Source: a virus (taxonomy: Duplodnaviria; Caudoviricetes). From it: a DNA stretch of 64,000 nucleotides. Numbering within the stretch: the first letter of the stretch is position 1; each line of letters opens with the position of its first letter. The position numbers and the translations under genes were made by a program. The notes beneath the pieces were generated by a model. The model had not been told where the DNA came from, did not search any database, and worked only from the letters and a program-made list of their open reading frames with translations. This document shows, one piece after another, positions 48,519 to 57,820 of the stretch. Location: the IMG/VR virus record IMGVR_UViG_3300011868_000001, positions 189,748-253,747 of that record. The stretch is one strand, 5' to 3'.

Positions 48519-48983
48519 ATGTTGATATCTGACGTGATAAAGGTATTGGGGAAGGCGCCTTTAAAGCAGTTCCCTTGGGGATGTTGGGTCAAAGACACAG
48601 TAAACCTGTTCGTTGACGAGGCCGCACGACTTACGGATGAGTCGACTGGGGAAGACGTCCTCAAATCCCTAGAAACGTTGGCTGAAGATGTACGCGAGCT
48701 TGTCCTATCTGCCCATCTCGACCCGGCGCACCATTGTGTGATTTCGCCAGTCGGAGGCGGTATGGTCGTCAAACATGACGAACCACCCTTGGCTACTGAA
48801 GCTGAGCTGGCGGCCCTGACCAAAGCCATGCAAAGCCCACCGGTACTGATTGCTGCGACAGTGGTATCGCTTGTGGTCTTCTCGGCTTTGTGGATGGTTT
48901 CGACACTATCGGTTCATGATGACGTAGATGTTTGGGGCGCGGTCATCATGTTCTTGAAAGTATTTGGCCTGGCCTTCGCCTAA
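48519..48983 (+). CDS. Membrane protein (two C-terminal TM segments)
   Basis: Start MLISDV with GAGGA RBS. Confidence 0.65.
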   Translation: MLISDVIKVLGKAPLKQFPWGCWVKDTVNLFVDEAARLTDESTGEDVLKSLETLAEDVRELVLSAHLDPAHHCVISPVGGGMVVKHDEPPLATEAELAALTKAMQSPPVLIAATVVSLVVFSALWMVSTLSVHDDVDVWGAVIMFLKVFGLAFA

Positions 48984-48992
48984 AGGTGTATC

Positions 48993-49199
48993 ATGGAATC
49001 GGACACGCTTGACACAACAGCAAAAAAGAAATGGGGCCTTAAAGCCTGGCTGATGCTGATCACCCTGGGTGTGATGCTCACTGCCTTTGCTATCGAAGTA
49101 GTAGCAGCCGTCAAGGAAGCACGGGGGATGAACCTGGAGCTGATCAACAAGCTCCTGGATACGCTTCTGACGCTACTTACTGCCACAGCTGTGGGTTGA
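48993..49199 (+). CDS. Small membrane protein (holin-like candidate)
   Basis: 68 aa; basic N-terminus, one TM and an amphipathic helix. Confidence 0.5.
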   Translation: MESDTLDTTAKKKWGLKAWLMLITLGVMLTAFAIEVVAAVKEARGMNLELINKLLDTLLTLLTATAVG

Positions 49200-49203
49200 T
49201 GCA

Positions 49204-49250
49204 CATAGAGCCTCTCCAGCGCTTCTAAGGGCGCTGGAGAGGCTCTTATG
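49204..49250. terminator. Bidirectional hairpin (CATA...TATG family)
   Basis: AGAGCCTCTCCAGCGC...GCGCTGGAGAGGCTCT. Confidence 0.7.
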
Positions 49251-49257
49251 CCGTATC

Positions 49258-49875
49258 TTAGTCTTTCTTCTGGTACTCAGGATTCGGTTGCTCGTACTTG
49301 CTGCTGAACAGCCCTCGTACAAAGTCCAAATCTTCCGCCGATTTCTTGCCCGGCTTGATCAACCGTGGGTTGTCGAGCTTGAACGGAATCACCACTTGGG
49401 AGATGTCCATGCCTTCTGGAACTTCCAGATCGATCTTGACCTCATTGAAGGGTTTGCCCTCCAGGTCTTGGAAGACGTCCACTTCAAGCACCAGCTCCGA
49501 ATTGGGCACTGGGAAGAAATAGCGGGTTTTGATCAGCCCATTGGCCACCAGACGTTTGAACATCAGGAAGGTCTCTTCAGAAACATCCATCTCGTTCTCG
49601 TCATTGCCTTCGGCACCCTTGATCTTAATCGTCTGGGTGTATTGCGTTTCATCGCCCTTGATGGTCTTGCGCACCCGGATACTGCCAGTGTTGGTGGGCA
49701 GTCCCCATTGTTCTTGAAATTCCTTACGCTCAGCAGTTTCCAGGACGCTGAGGTCCTCGATGCTGCCGTAGATTTCATACTCGCGTTCCAGTACAGTGGT
49801 ACCGTCGGCAATAAGGCTTTCCAGCGACACGAGCAGGTCACGTTGGAAAGCACTGAGTAGGATGTGTTTGGTCAT
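49258..49875 (-). CDS. CYTH-like (triphosphate tunnel) protein
   Basis: ExExE (LEREYEIY), IRVRK, KTRYFF, EVDVF, IDLEV. Confidence 0.65.
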   Translation of the reverse strand: MTKHILLSAFQRDLLVSLESLIADGTTVLEREYEIYGSIEDLSVLETAERKEFQEQWGLPTNTGSIRVRKTIKGDETQYTQTIKIKGAEGNDENEMDVSEETFLMFKRLVANGLIKTRYFFPVPNSELVLEVDVFQDLEGKPFNEVKIDLEVPEGMDISQVVIPFKLDNPRLIKPGKKSAEDLDFVRGLFSSKYEQPNPEYQKKD

Positions 49876-49960
49876 ATCGACTTGGCCTGAATAAAAGAAA
49901 AAAAGAACTCTGTCATAATAGATGGGGACCCGAAGGCCCCCATCCATCATGCGAGAGCCC

Positions 49961-51871
49961 TTAGGCCAGGCGAATGCCTACGATGTTGCGAGCACCGCTG
50001 ATCGGTACCAGTTCGAAGCAGATGTTGTCTGCTGTAACCAGGTACACGTGACCAGCACCGGCAGTCTTGCGACCGATGGCGTACAGCGACGTCAGCAGAT
50101 CAGCCATTTCGGCATCAGCGCCAACACCGGTGCGCACCGGGGTGCGGACTTCGTTGGTCACCAGGCCAAACTGCTCGGAGTCAACCTTGGCATGGATCAT
50201 CGCCACCGGACGGAAGAGCACCACGACGTTGTTACGGAACTGCTTGTAGGCTTCCGGGTCTTCCTCAGCGATCGGCAGGATGTCCGTGCATTCCAGGAAC
50301 TCCAGACGCTCATCGGCGTCAACCATGAAATGCAGGCCAGCCAACAGGATCGAGGTACGCGACAGGAACTGCGCCACGTACGCCTGACCATGCTTCTTGA
50401 ACGAGCCACAGTTGAGCAGATCACCGAAGTCTTCGATAAAGCTGTCGATCGCCAGACCGGTCTGACCGAACTGATCACGCAGGACGCTGTTGACCTCCTT
50501 GGTGTAATGCTTGTCCAGGAAATTCATGACGTTTTCCGCCATGGTGCCGCGCAGAGACAGCAGACGCTTTTGCAGCACTTGCAGGTCAGCTTCACCCGGA
50601 CTCAGTGCCTTGATCGATTCCAGCGCCTTGATGGTCGCCGGATCAGCCGCCAACTGAACGCCATCGATGGCATTGATGGTGGTGATGTCAGCGTCGTGCT
50701 TGGTGGCCATGCCGGCTACACGCAGGGCCGCTTCTTCGATACCGGAGATCGCCACTGCCGGGGTGTTGATCTGCGGGTTGGTCAGGTCCAGATCAGACAG
50801 CAGCTCTTTACGAGCCGTGATCAGGGTGTTGTTCAGGGCATCCAGGTCAACGGCATCGACATCGTCACCGATGAAGATGGGATCGTTTTCCTGACGTTCC
50901 AGCATGCTGCGGGGGCGGTTCGGGCGAACCTGGGCGCGAATCTCGTGCGCCGTTTCGACCAGGTCATCAGTCATTGCAATGAACTCCTCTCGGATGGTGC
51001 CGTCCTTGCCCTTGACCAGGAAGCAGACTTCTCGATCAATGTCATAGGCACGGCGGGTTTGTTGCTTTGGACTCCAGGCCCAAATCCAGTTGGACTTGTG
51101 AGCCAGCTGCCAGTGTTCGCCGTCGACCCAGAAATCGTCGTACGGACGTTCTTTGCTCATGTCAGGGCCATCGACCTTGGGCTGAGTGACATTCACTTCA
51201 GGCGCCTGGGTTTCACGCGACTGGTACTGGGGACGCTCGGCTTCCGTCGAGCCAGTGTAACCATTGCGTGCCGATTGGCCGAAACCCGTGGTGCGGGGTG
51301 CTCTGTCGGCAGGGCGATCGAACAGCGGGTGTTCGCGTTGCACGCCTACCGCAGGACGACCGGCGAACGGGCTGTTGCTGGCGCGGGTCTGTGCCGGTTC
51401 GTCACGGTCGAACACACTCCGGCGCTGGCCGAAGGAACGTTCTTGTGCGGCAAATACACTCCGACCCTGGCGACCGCCGCCATAACTGCTACGAGCACCA
51501 CGGGTACCGCCTTGCAGGCGGGTGATGATATCTTCCCACTTGGCAGCAGCACGCTTGAGGTCGTCGTAGGTACGATCAGGGACTGCATCGGCGATGCGAC
51601 GATCGCTCAGTGCGAAGGCACCGACGTTGGCATCAACCATGTTGACGACGATATCCTTGATCAGTTGCTCCGCTTCACGATCCGAGCGAACTGTGCTCAG
51701 TTCTGCATCGGCGATGGCCACGATCACATCGACCAGTGTTGCCATGTCATTGTTGTTGTAGTTCTGCGCCGACATGTAACGGTCGTAGGCATCACGCACT
51801 TCGTTGTCCGGTGCGCGATTCTGGATGTAGTCGATGGTACGGTCGTAAACGAAATTGGCGAGGTCGCTCAT
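49961..51871 (-). CDS. Conserved-type hypothetical protein next to the nvRNAP subunit
   Basis: 636 aa with an internal Arg/Gly/Ser-rich disordered segment; strong codon bias. Confidence 0.75.
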   Translation of the reverse strand: MSDLANFVYDRTIDYIQNRAPDNEVRDAYDRYMSAQNYNNNDMATLVDVIVAIADAELSTVRSDREAEQLIKDIVVNMVDANVGAFALSDRRIADAVPDRTYDDLKRAAAKWEDIITRLQGGTRGARSSYGGGRQGRSVFAAQERSFGQRRSVFDRDEPAQTRASNSPFAGRPAVGVQREHPLFDRPADRAPRTTGFGQSARNGYTGSTEAERPQYQSRETQAPEVNVTQPKVDGPDMSKERPYDDFWVDGEHWQLAHKSNWIWAWSPKQQTRRAYDIDREVCFLVKGKDGTIREEFIAMTDDLVETAHEIRAQVRPNRPRSMLERQENDPIFIGDDVDAVDLDALNNTLITARKELLSDLDLTNPQINTPAVAISGIEEAALRVAGMATKHDADITTINAIDGVQLAADPATIKALESIKALSPGEADLQVLQKRLLSLRGTMAENVMNFLDKHYTKEVNSVLRDQFGQTGLAIDSFIEDFGDLLNCGSFKKHGQAYVAQFLSRTSILLAGLHFMVDADERLEFLECTDILPIAEEDPEAYKQFRNNVVVLFRPVAMIHAKVDSEQFGLVTNEVRTPVRTGVGADAEMADLLTSLYAIGRKTAGAGHVYLVTADNICFELVPISGARNIVGIRLA

Positions 51872-51891
51872 GATAACTCCAGCTGGATATG

Positions 51892-53553
51892 TTAGGTGCG
51901 TTGGATCAGACGTTGTACACCGTCAAGTAGATCCTTGTGCTCAAGGGGTTCTAACGTGGTGTGGTTGTCCCCAAGGCGAACGCAGGGGTTGAATCGATTG
52001 TTACCAATCGGTGTCGACTTGGGCAGAACTCCAAACCCGGCAACTGCCGCGAAGGAGGAATCCAAGTACATGGTGGGGCCAATCGGCTTGGCATCCTGAC
52101 TTTTCCCGCGACCATGGGTGTCGTTCTGTTGAACGATCACGCTCGTGATCTTGAAGAACATGTTGTCACTCGGGTTAGAAACCGAGGAGACTTCTGGATG
52201 CTCAGCTGCAGAGCTGATGCCGTGAATCAGCCAAGGGTTGAAGTATTTACGAAGAATGTCCTCGTACTCCTTGCTGGTGAGGTTCTTCTTCGTGTTGCCT
52301 GTGATCTTGAAGAGGAATTCGAACATGTTGTTGTTGATGTTACGAAGCAGATAACGCAGCACTTCGAGACGCTTGTTGTACAGGCAGGCTTCTTTGCCCC
52401 GGTTGCTGTCCAACATGTTTTGCATCTCGCGCATGATGTGCGCCATCAGATCGTACAGATCTGAACAATACACTTGCACCTCTTGCAGGGTCTTGACCGT
52501 TTCCTGGTCAACATAACCGTCAAGCGATTTCAAGTGCGTTTCGACGTCATCGACAAGACGACCGTGGTTGTTGCCTTCACCCCAGAGTACAAACGCCATG
52601 AAGATGCACCACCACCAAGTGTCCCCAATGTCATCGAGGTTCTCAGTGTCGGCCAGGTACTCTGGAAAGTGATCAACGACGTAGAAGAATCCGGTCGCAA
52701 AACTTCTCGTCAGGTCGGTCCAATTGCCCCGATCCACCAGCAGGATCAAATCCGTCGCCAGATTGGTTTCGTAGCCGTTTGCACGGCGGGGATTTAGACC
52801 AGTGGGCGGCTTCCCAAGGGAAGTGACCTTGACCCAATGTTCAGGCGGATACTGCGCTGGATCGTAATCCTTCTCCCGCATGATCACCGGGCGTGTGCCT
52901 GTGTATTTTTCAAACGCGCCGTACAGTCCATGGCGGCAGAACAGGTAATGCGGCAACGAGCTGTGTACCCAACCCAGACGGATCAGATCACTGCGGTTAC
53001 GGCTTTTCTTCCCACCCTTGTTGTGCAGGGGCGAGTAGATGACATGTTCCTTTACCCGTACGCCATCAATGACCACCGTGTAGTTCTCACGGTTGAAGCT
53101 GATGGGTGCCCGAGGAATCCGAATAAAGACACTGTTCTCCTCGATCTCAAAGGCAATGTCACCCATTACAGGTGCCACCGCAAACTGCTTACCGGAGATG
53201 TACAGCATGCCCGCCTGACGCACGAATGGCAGGTACATGTACATCGGCAACAGTTCCTTGCCCTCGAAGCGGAACCGGTACTTCACCAGATAGACGTCGC
53301 TGCGTGCAATGTCGTAGATACGATTGTTTCCCGAGCGTGCACGCGTGATGACGTTATATTCTTCCAACGGACTGCAGCGTTCGCTACCGATGTATTCGAA
53401 TCCCTCGGGGTACTGCGACTCACCGCAACGGATGATATTATCCACGTACGCCATGGCATATGGAACGTCTTTGCAGGCGATCCCCTTTACCACATCGGTG
53501 TTAAACACCGGCGCACGCTTACGGTGCGAAAATTCGAATAGATTGGCATCCAT
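51892..53553 (-). CDS. Non-virion RNA polymerase beta-subunit N-terminal fragment (phiKZ gp123-like)
   Basis: EGFEYIGSERCSPLEEY, YLPFVRQAG..ISG, KRLEVLRYLL; position two genes after the capsid gene, as in phiKZ. Confidence 0.72.
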   Translation of the reverse strand: MDANLFEFSHRKRAPVFNTDVVKGIACKDVPYAMAYVDNIIRCGESQYPEGFEYIGSERCSPLEEYNVITRARSGNNRIYDIARSDVYLVKYRFRFEGKELLPMYMYLPFVRQAGMLYISGKQFAVAPVMGDIAFEIEENSVFIRIPRAPISFNRENYTVVIDGVRVKEHVIYSPLHNKGGKKSRNRSDLIRLGWVHSSLPHYLFCRHGLYGAFEKYTGTRPVIMREKDYDPAQYPPEHWVKVTSLGKPPTGLNPRRANGYETNLATDLILLVDRGNWTDLTRSFATGFFYVVDHFPEYLADTENLDDIGDTWWWCIFMAFVLWGEGNNHGRLVDDVETHLKSLDGYVDQETVKTLQEVQVYCSDLYDLMAHIMREMQNMLDSNRGKEACLYNKRLEVLRYLLRNINNNMFEFLFKITGNTKKNLTSKEYEDILRKYFNPWLIHGISSAAEHPEVSSVSNPSDNMFFKITSVIVQQNDTHGRGKSQDAKPIGPTMYLDSSFAAVAGFGVLPKSTPIGNNRFNPCVRLGDNHTTLEPLEHKDLLDGVQRLIQRT

Positions 53554-53565
53554 CGGTTAGGACCT

Positions 53566-54717
53566 TTAGCTTGATTTCAACTTCGACAGTATCCCGTAAA
53601 CAGTAACTATCGCCCCTAATACAGCTACCGCTGTCTTGGCCCATTCGACATAATTCCGCCTTGCGGCGGCCTCACGTTCTTGCTGGGTCTTGAACAGCGC
53701 AGCCTCGTTTCTGAGCCGCTGAAGTTCTTCTTCCTGCTCCAGCTGCCCGGTACGCATCCGCGCTTCGCCAACGCGACGCTCCGTGGTTTCGCGCTCGATG
53801 AGAATCTTGGCCATGTCATTAAGCGGGCCACCGTTGATGGCGTCTTCAATGCTACGGTGCAGACTGAATTTCTCATCGGCTTCTTCAAAGGTAAACGACC
53901 GATGGATGACATCGGAGACGGCTTCACCATTTTGAAGTGGCGTACGACTCACCACATGTATACCCGTAGAATATTTTAAATCACGTTCCACGGGCACCAT
54001 GAAGATGTCGCCACCCAGGTTAATGTAACGATTAGCTCGCTGAACCTGATGGGCATTGTCAACTGCCTTGATCATGAACACGCAAGTCGCCTCACCGATA
54101 CCCGGTGCCAGATTGGTCACCATGGCCTCATCGCGCTTGATCTTGTCAAACGGATGGATCGATCCATGGTCAGCCAACCACTCGACCAACAGATCGAGGT
54201 CCGGCATATAGCAACGCCCACCGGCATCGCAGATGTCTCGGAAGTAGACTACATATTCGACACTGGCAGACAGCGAGTCGTGGGTGTGGTTATGCAGGGC
54301 CGCTTCATACGCCCTGATCCAGTAATGGGTTTCACGTTCATCGACATTGGCACGGCTGCGCAGTGTATCGAGTGCTCGCTCCATGGCACCACGGCGCATG
54401 GAATGCGTGACACAGACGATAAACTCATCGGCTGCATATTTCCCAAGCGGCTCGACAACAACAGCAGTACCATTGCGCGAAGTCACCACAATTTCACGGT
54501 CGGTGTAATTGTAGTAGGACGTCGTTACGACTGGAGCACCCTTGATGCCGTTCTCATGTTGACGACTGGCATTGCGGATGCGGGTAGCAGATTTCTGCTG
54601 GAACGGGAGGGACGCTTTCGCGTAGTGTTGCAAGGTGTTTATGCGGCGTGGCTGATTGATATTATCGATGCGTGATAACTCGTCCATAGGGGTTGACTCA
54701 TTATTAAAATTTAACAC
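53566..54717 (-). CDS. Hypothetical protein with C-terminal coiled coil and TM
   Basis: 383-aa ORF (alternative start at 54687). Confidence 0.72.
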   Translation of the reverse strand: MLNFNNESTPMDELSRIDNINQPRRINTLQHYAKASLPFQQKSATRIRNASRQHENGIKGAPVVTTSYYNYTDREIVVTSRNGTAVVVEPLGKYAADEFIVCVTHSMRRGAMERALDTLRSRANVDERETHYWIRAYEAALHNHTHDSLSASVEYVVYFRDICDAGGRCYMPDLDLLVEWLADHGSIHPFDKIKRDEAMVTNLAPGIGEATCVFMIKAVDNAHQVQRANRYINLGGDIFMVPVERDLKYSTGIHVVSRTPLQNGEAVSDVIHRSFTFEEADEKFSLHRSIEDAINGGPLNDMAKILIERETTERRVGEARMRTGQLEQEEELQRLRNEAALFKTQQEREAAARRNYVEWAKTAVAVLGAIVTVYGILSKLKSS

Positions 54718-54754
54718 GAATACTTATTTGACAATTCGTGTTTTGTTCAATTTA

Positions 54755-54774
54755 ATAATGTACTGCTGTAAATA
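54755..54774 (-). promoter_or_regulatory. Putative early promoter for the nvRNAP-containing operon
   Basis: Minus strand TATTTACAGCAGTACATTAT. Confidence 0.45.
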
Positions 54775-54800
54775 GTTAGAGTTGACTTCCGGACAAACGG

Positions 54801-54831
54801 CATAGATGGGGGACCGAAGTCCCCCATCTAT
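54801..54831 (-). terminator. Capsid gene terminator hairpin
   Basis: ATAGATGGGGGAC-TTCG-GTCCCCCATCTATG on the minus strand. Confidence 0.7.
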
Positions 54832-54858
54832 TATTCACTGCAGGTCAGTCCTTACGGA

Positions 54859-57084
54859 TTAACCGTTAGTGCCAGCGCCGGTATCAGAGCCGGGAGCAGG
54901 TTGCTGAGCGCCACCTTCGGCCGGGGCTTCGGCGGTGCCACCGGGAAATGTGGCGACTGGGATGCTCCAGCCCTCCGACAGCACTTCGTCCAGACCGATC
55001 ACATTAATCTTGCCCATGATCGGCAGGTGGTTGACGTGGCGGTTACGCGGCTGCACCATGGCTTCGCGAATCTGGGTCTCGTCACGGGAAACGTTCACGT
55101 GGGAGATCAGCTCCGGAATCCAGAAGTGAGTACCGCAGTTCAGCGGATCGAGGCCTTCGGTCTGACGCTTGAAGGTCCAGAAGATCTGACGGCGAACGCG
55201 AGCGTCCACAGTGGTGACCTTCTCGAAGCTGATGTCGTCGCCCAGGGTGCGGCTGTCGCCGTCCTTCAGGATGTACGATGCAGTCTTCGGATCGGAACCG
55301 ATCAGCACGTTGACCTTCTCACCGGTGTAGCCGGTGTAGGCATCGAGTGCGGTCTTGTAGTTCGATTCCAGGATGGCGTCCTGGATGTCGCTACGCAGGA
55401 CGTTGGCCAGCGCGGCCTGGATGTCCTGTACACGCTCGTAGGAACGCCTGCTGCGAACCAGAGTACGCAGGTCGAGGTCACGCTCACGGAACCACGGACG
55501 CACCAGGAAGCGAGCGATACCTTCAACTTCCGGCAGGAGGTCGTCGGACGGCACACTGTCACTCAGGAACTTCCAACGGGCCAGGCCGTCGGTGAAGCGC
55601 AGCAGAGTGGTGATGGCGTTGTTGTCGTTACGCAGGCGAGCAGCGGTGACCAGCAGGTCGATGTCAGCCATGCCACGGGTTTCAGCCAGCGGGCTCGGGA
55701 TGGACAGCGGGCTGCCCAGCATGACCGGGTAACGCTCGGTGTACTCGGAGCTGTTCAGCTGCAGACCACGCAGACGACGGTTGGCGTTCGACAGGCGAGC
55801 GTTCGGCTCCCAGCCGATGATGGCCAGGCTTTCCAGACCACGAGCGATGTCACGGCCGACACCAGCTTCGGTCAGGCTCAGGCTTTCGCCAGCAGCGTTG
55901 ATCACCTTCTCAACCTGTACCGGAGCAGCGTTGACGGTGGCGTTGCCTTTCTCGGTGTCGACGTTGCCGGTCACGATCAGGCTCAGGGTGACGGTGTAAC
56001 CACCTTCCACGATCTGCTTCAGGATCGGGTTGGTCAGAGCTTCGCCCTTGTAGTTGACCGACTTGCTGTTGATCTGAATGGAGCTGGTACGGAAGTTCAG
56101 TTCCAGTTCACGAGCCAGACCTTGCGGGCCCTTGATGAAGGCAGCGCGCGGCAGGGTTTCGACGTCGAAAGCCAGCACGTCAGCGTCGCCCTGACGGACG
56201 TACAGGGACTTCAGGCCAACAGCGCGATCGAGCGCGTCAGTCTGGTTGGCTTGACCGGCGATCTTGACCAGGCTGTTCTGAGCCAGGCCGACCAGGTTCA
56301 CACGCTTGCCGACCAGCAGCGGAGCGGTGGTGACGGCACGGTTGCCCAGATCGACAGTGCGCGGAGCCACGACGGCTTCGGCAACGAACAGGTCCTTGTT
56401 ACCGTTGTGGACTTCCGGAACCAGAGCGGTCGACTGATCGGCCAGGATCTGGTAGTTGATCGCAGCTTCGAGCAGACGCTTCTGCTTGAAGTCAGCGTGG
56501 TCGCCACGGGTGTTGTGCAGGAAGTGGTTCAGCACGAGGTGCGAACGGATGGTGACGTCGGCGCCGCCCTGCTCAGGAGTCAGGATCACGGTGCGGTAGA
56601 AACCTTCAGCGAACTCGCCCTGCTTGGCGGCTTTCTGGTTGTACACCATGGACAGACCGATGAAGTCGGTCAGGTTGCTGTTGTCGAAAGCTTCCATCGA
56701 AGGAGCAGCTTTCTCTTGGTAGTCGAAGTCGCTCAGGGACTCGACGGAAACCACAGTACCAACAGCCGGGTTGGACAGGTTGGAAGCACCCAGAGCAGCG
56801 CGAGCGTACTTGGCCGGCTCAGCGGAAGCCATGGCGATGACGCCCATTGCATCTTTCTGAGCTTGGGTCAGGTTGCCCATGCCGTCGATGGTGTTTTCGA
56901 TACCGACGACAGCCGATTCCATGGAAGCGATCAGGTTCTCACGGTCAATCTCGTTCAGAGATTCCATGGAAGCTACGCCGCCCATGCCAACGATGGCGCC
57001 TTGGCTGAACTTGTTCTGAAGCTGCTGTGCCTGATCCGCCAGAACCTGCTGGCTGGTTGCGGCCTTTTTACCGATGATGCTCAT
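54859..57084 (-). CDS. Major capsid protein (phiKZ gp120-like)
   Basis: 741 aa with extreme codon bias; propeptide with repeated S-x-E (ASME x2, VSVE, PSME); QGEFAEGFYRT, MVQPRNRHVNHLPI; AATGGTATG late motif near 57179-57187. Confidence 0.85.
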   Translation of the reverse strand: MSIIGKKAATSQQVLADQAQQLQNKFSQGAIVGMGGVASMESLNEIDRENLIASMESAVVGIENTIDGMGNLTQAQKDAMGVIAMASAEPAKYARAALGASNLSNPAVGTVVSVESLSDFDYQEKAAPSMEAFDNSNLTDFIGLSMVYNQKAAKQGEFAEGFYRTVILTPEQGGADVTIRSHLVLNHFLHNTRGDHADFKQKRLLEAAINYQILADQSTALVPEVHNGNKDLFVAEAVVAPRTVDLGNRAVTTAPLLVGKRVNLVGLAQNSLVKIAGQANQTDALDRAVGLKSLYVRQGDADVLAFDVETLPRAAFIKGPQGLARELELNFRTSSIQINSKSVNYKGEALTNPILKQIVEGGYTVTLSLIVTGNVDTEKGNATVNAAPVQVEKVINAAGESLSLTEAGVGRDIARGLESLAIIGWEPNARLSNANRRLRGLQLNSSEYTERYPVMLGSPLSIPSPLAETRGMADIDLLVTAARLRNDNNAITTLLRFTDGLARWKFLSDSVPSDDLLPEVEGIARFLVRPWFRERDLDLRTLVRSRRSYERVQDIQAALANVLRSDIQDAILESNYKTALDAYTGYTGEKVNVLIGSDPKTASYILKDGDSRTLGDDISFEKVTTVDARVRRQIFWTFKRQTEGLDPLNCGTHFWIPELISHVNVSRDETQIREAMVQPRNRHVNHLPIMGKINVIGLDEVLSEGWSIPVATFPGGTAEAPAEGGAQQPAPGSDTGAGTNG

Positions 57085-57232
57085 TCACTTTCTCCGCGGG
57101 GAAATTGCTGCGCGCGCAGCGTTTAACTGCGACGTGTCGAGATCTCATTACCGTCCTTCGACACTTTCGCAAGTTTTGCATACCATTGCAGAAAACATCC
57201 GCAATGTCACTCAAATAAATACCGGGGAAAAC

Positions 57233-57778
57233 CTAGTACAAATTCGAGTTAATTTGAATTTCGTTTACATACCTTTTGAAGACACCCAGCTCTGCCACCT
57301 CATTTAGTGACAAGCGACCACGCAGCACACGAACCATTTTCGCTGCAACTGTGGCGGTATCTTCCCTCAGACTATCTGCAGCCTGCGGCGTGGAAATCAG
57401 ACGAATGGCCAGGACTTCACTGTCGGTCAGTTCGACCTGTACACAGAACCCTTGGCTCTTGACGCGCTCGCTGGTTGTACCAAAGATAAGGTTGTCAACA
57501 GCGAGCTGACCTACTTGAGTACGTTCCTCAAGAGTGGGCGCCGGCAGCGCTGGAATGAAGTCGCGGAAGACCTCATGGGCAGCACCAGCATCGTCTCCCA
57601 GAAGTCTGCCGAGGATTTCGGTCGCTTGGAAGTTGGCGATCTTGTAAATCAAAAGATCTCTGGGCGATAGTATGCCAGATAACTTTTCGCAGTTGGCAAG
57701 ATCATCGTTCGTGATACCCAGCTCCTTCGCAATGAGGTTGAGCCATGCGGGTACAATGACCAGTTTGATGTTGCTCAT
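57233..57778 (-). CDS. Hypothetical protein (phiKZ gp119-like position)
   Basis: 181-aa ORF between the capsid and helicase genes. Confidence 0.7.
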   Translation of the reverse strand: MSNIKLVIVPAWLNLIAKELGITNDDLANCEKLSGILSPRDLLIYKIANFQATEILGRLLGDDAGAAHEVFRDFIPALPAPTLEERTQVGQLAVDNLIFGTTSERVKSQGFCVQVELTDSEVLAIRLISTPQAADSLREDTATVAAKMVRVLRGRLSLNEVAELGVFKRYVNEIQINSNLY

Positions 57779-57820
57779 CGGATTAACACCCTCTATTTAG
57801 AGCCGTTTTGGGACACAAGA

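Noticed and set aside
49922-51895. 657-aa plus-strand ORF, and similar long antisense ORFs at 14954-16450, 17037-18329, 39692-41215, 1752-2948 and 3207-4202
   Set aside because: All overlap well-supported genes on the opposite strand and have atypical composition.
54901-57126. 741-aa plus-strand ORF antisense to the capsid gene
   Set aside because: Shadow ORF caused by the strong codon bias of the capsid gene. It has no RBS or recognisable motifs.
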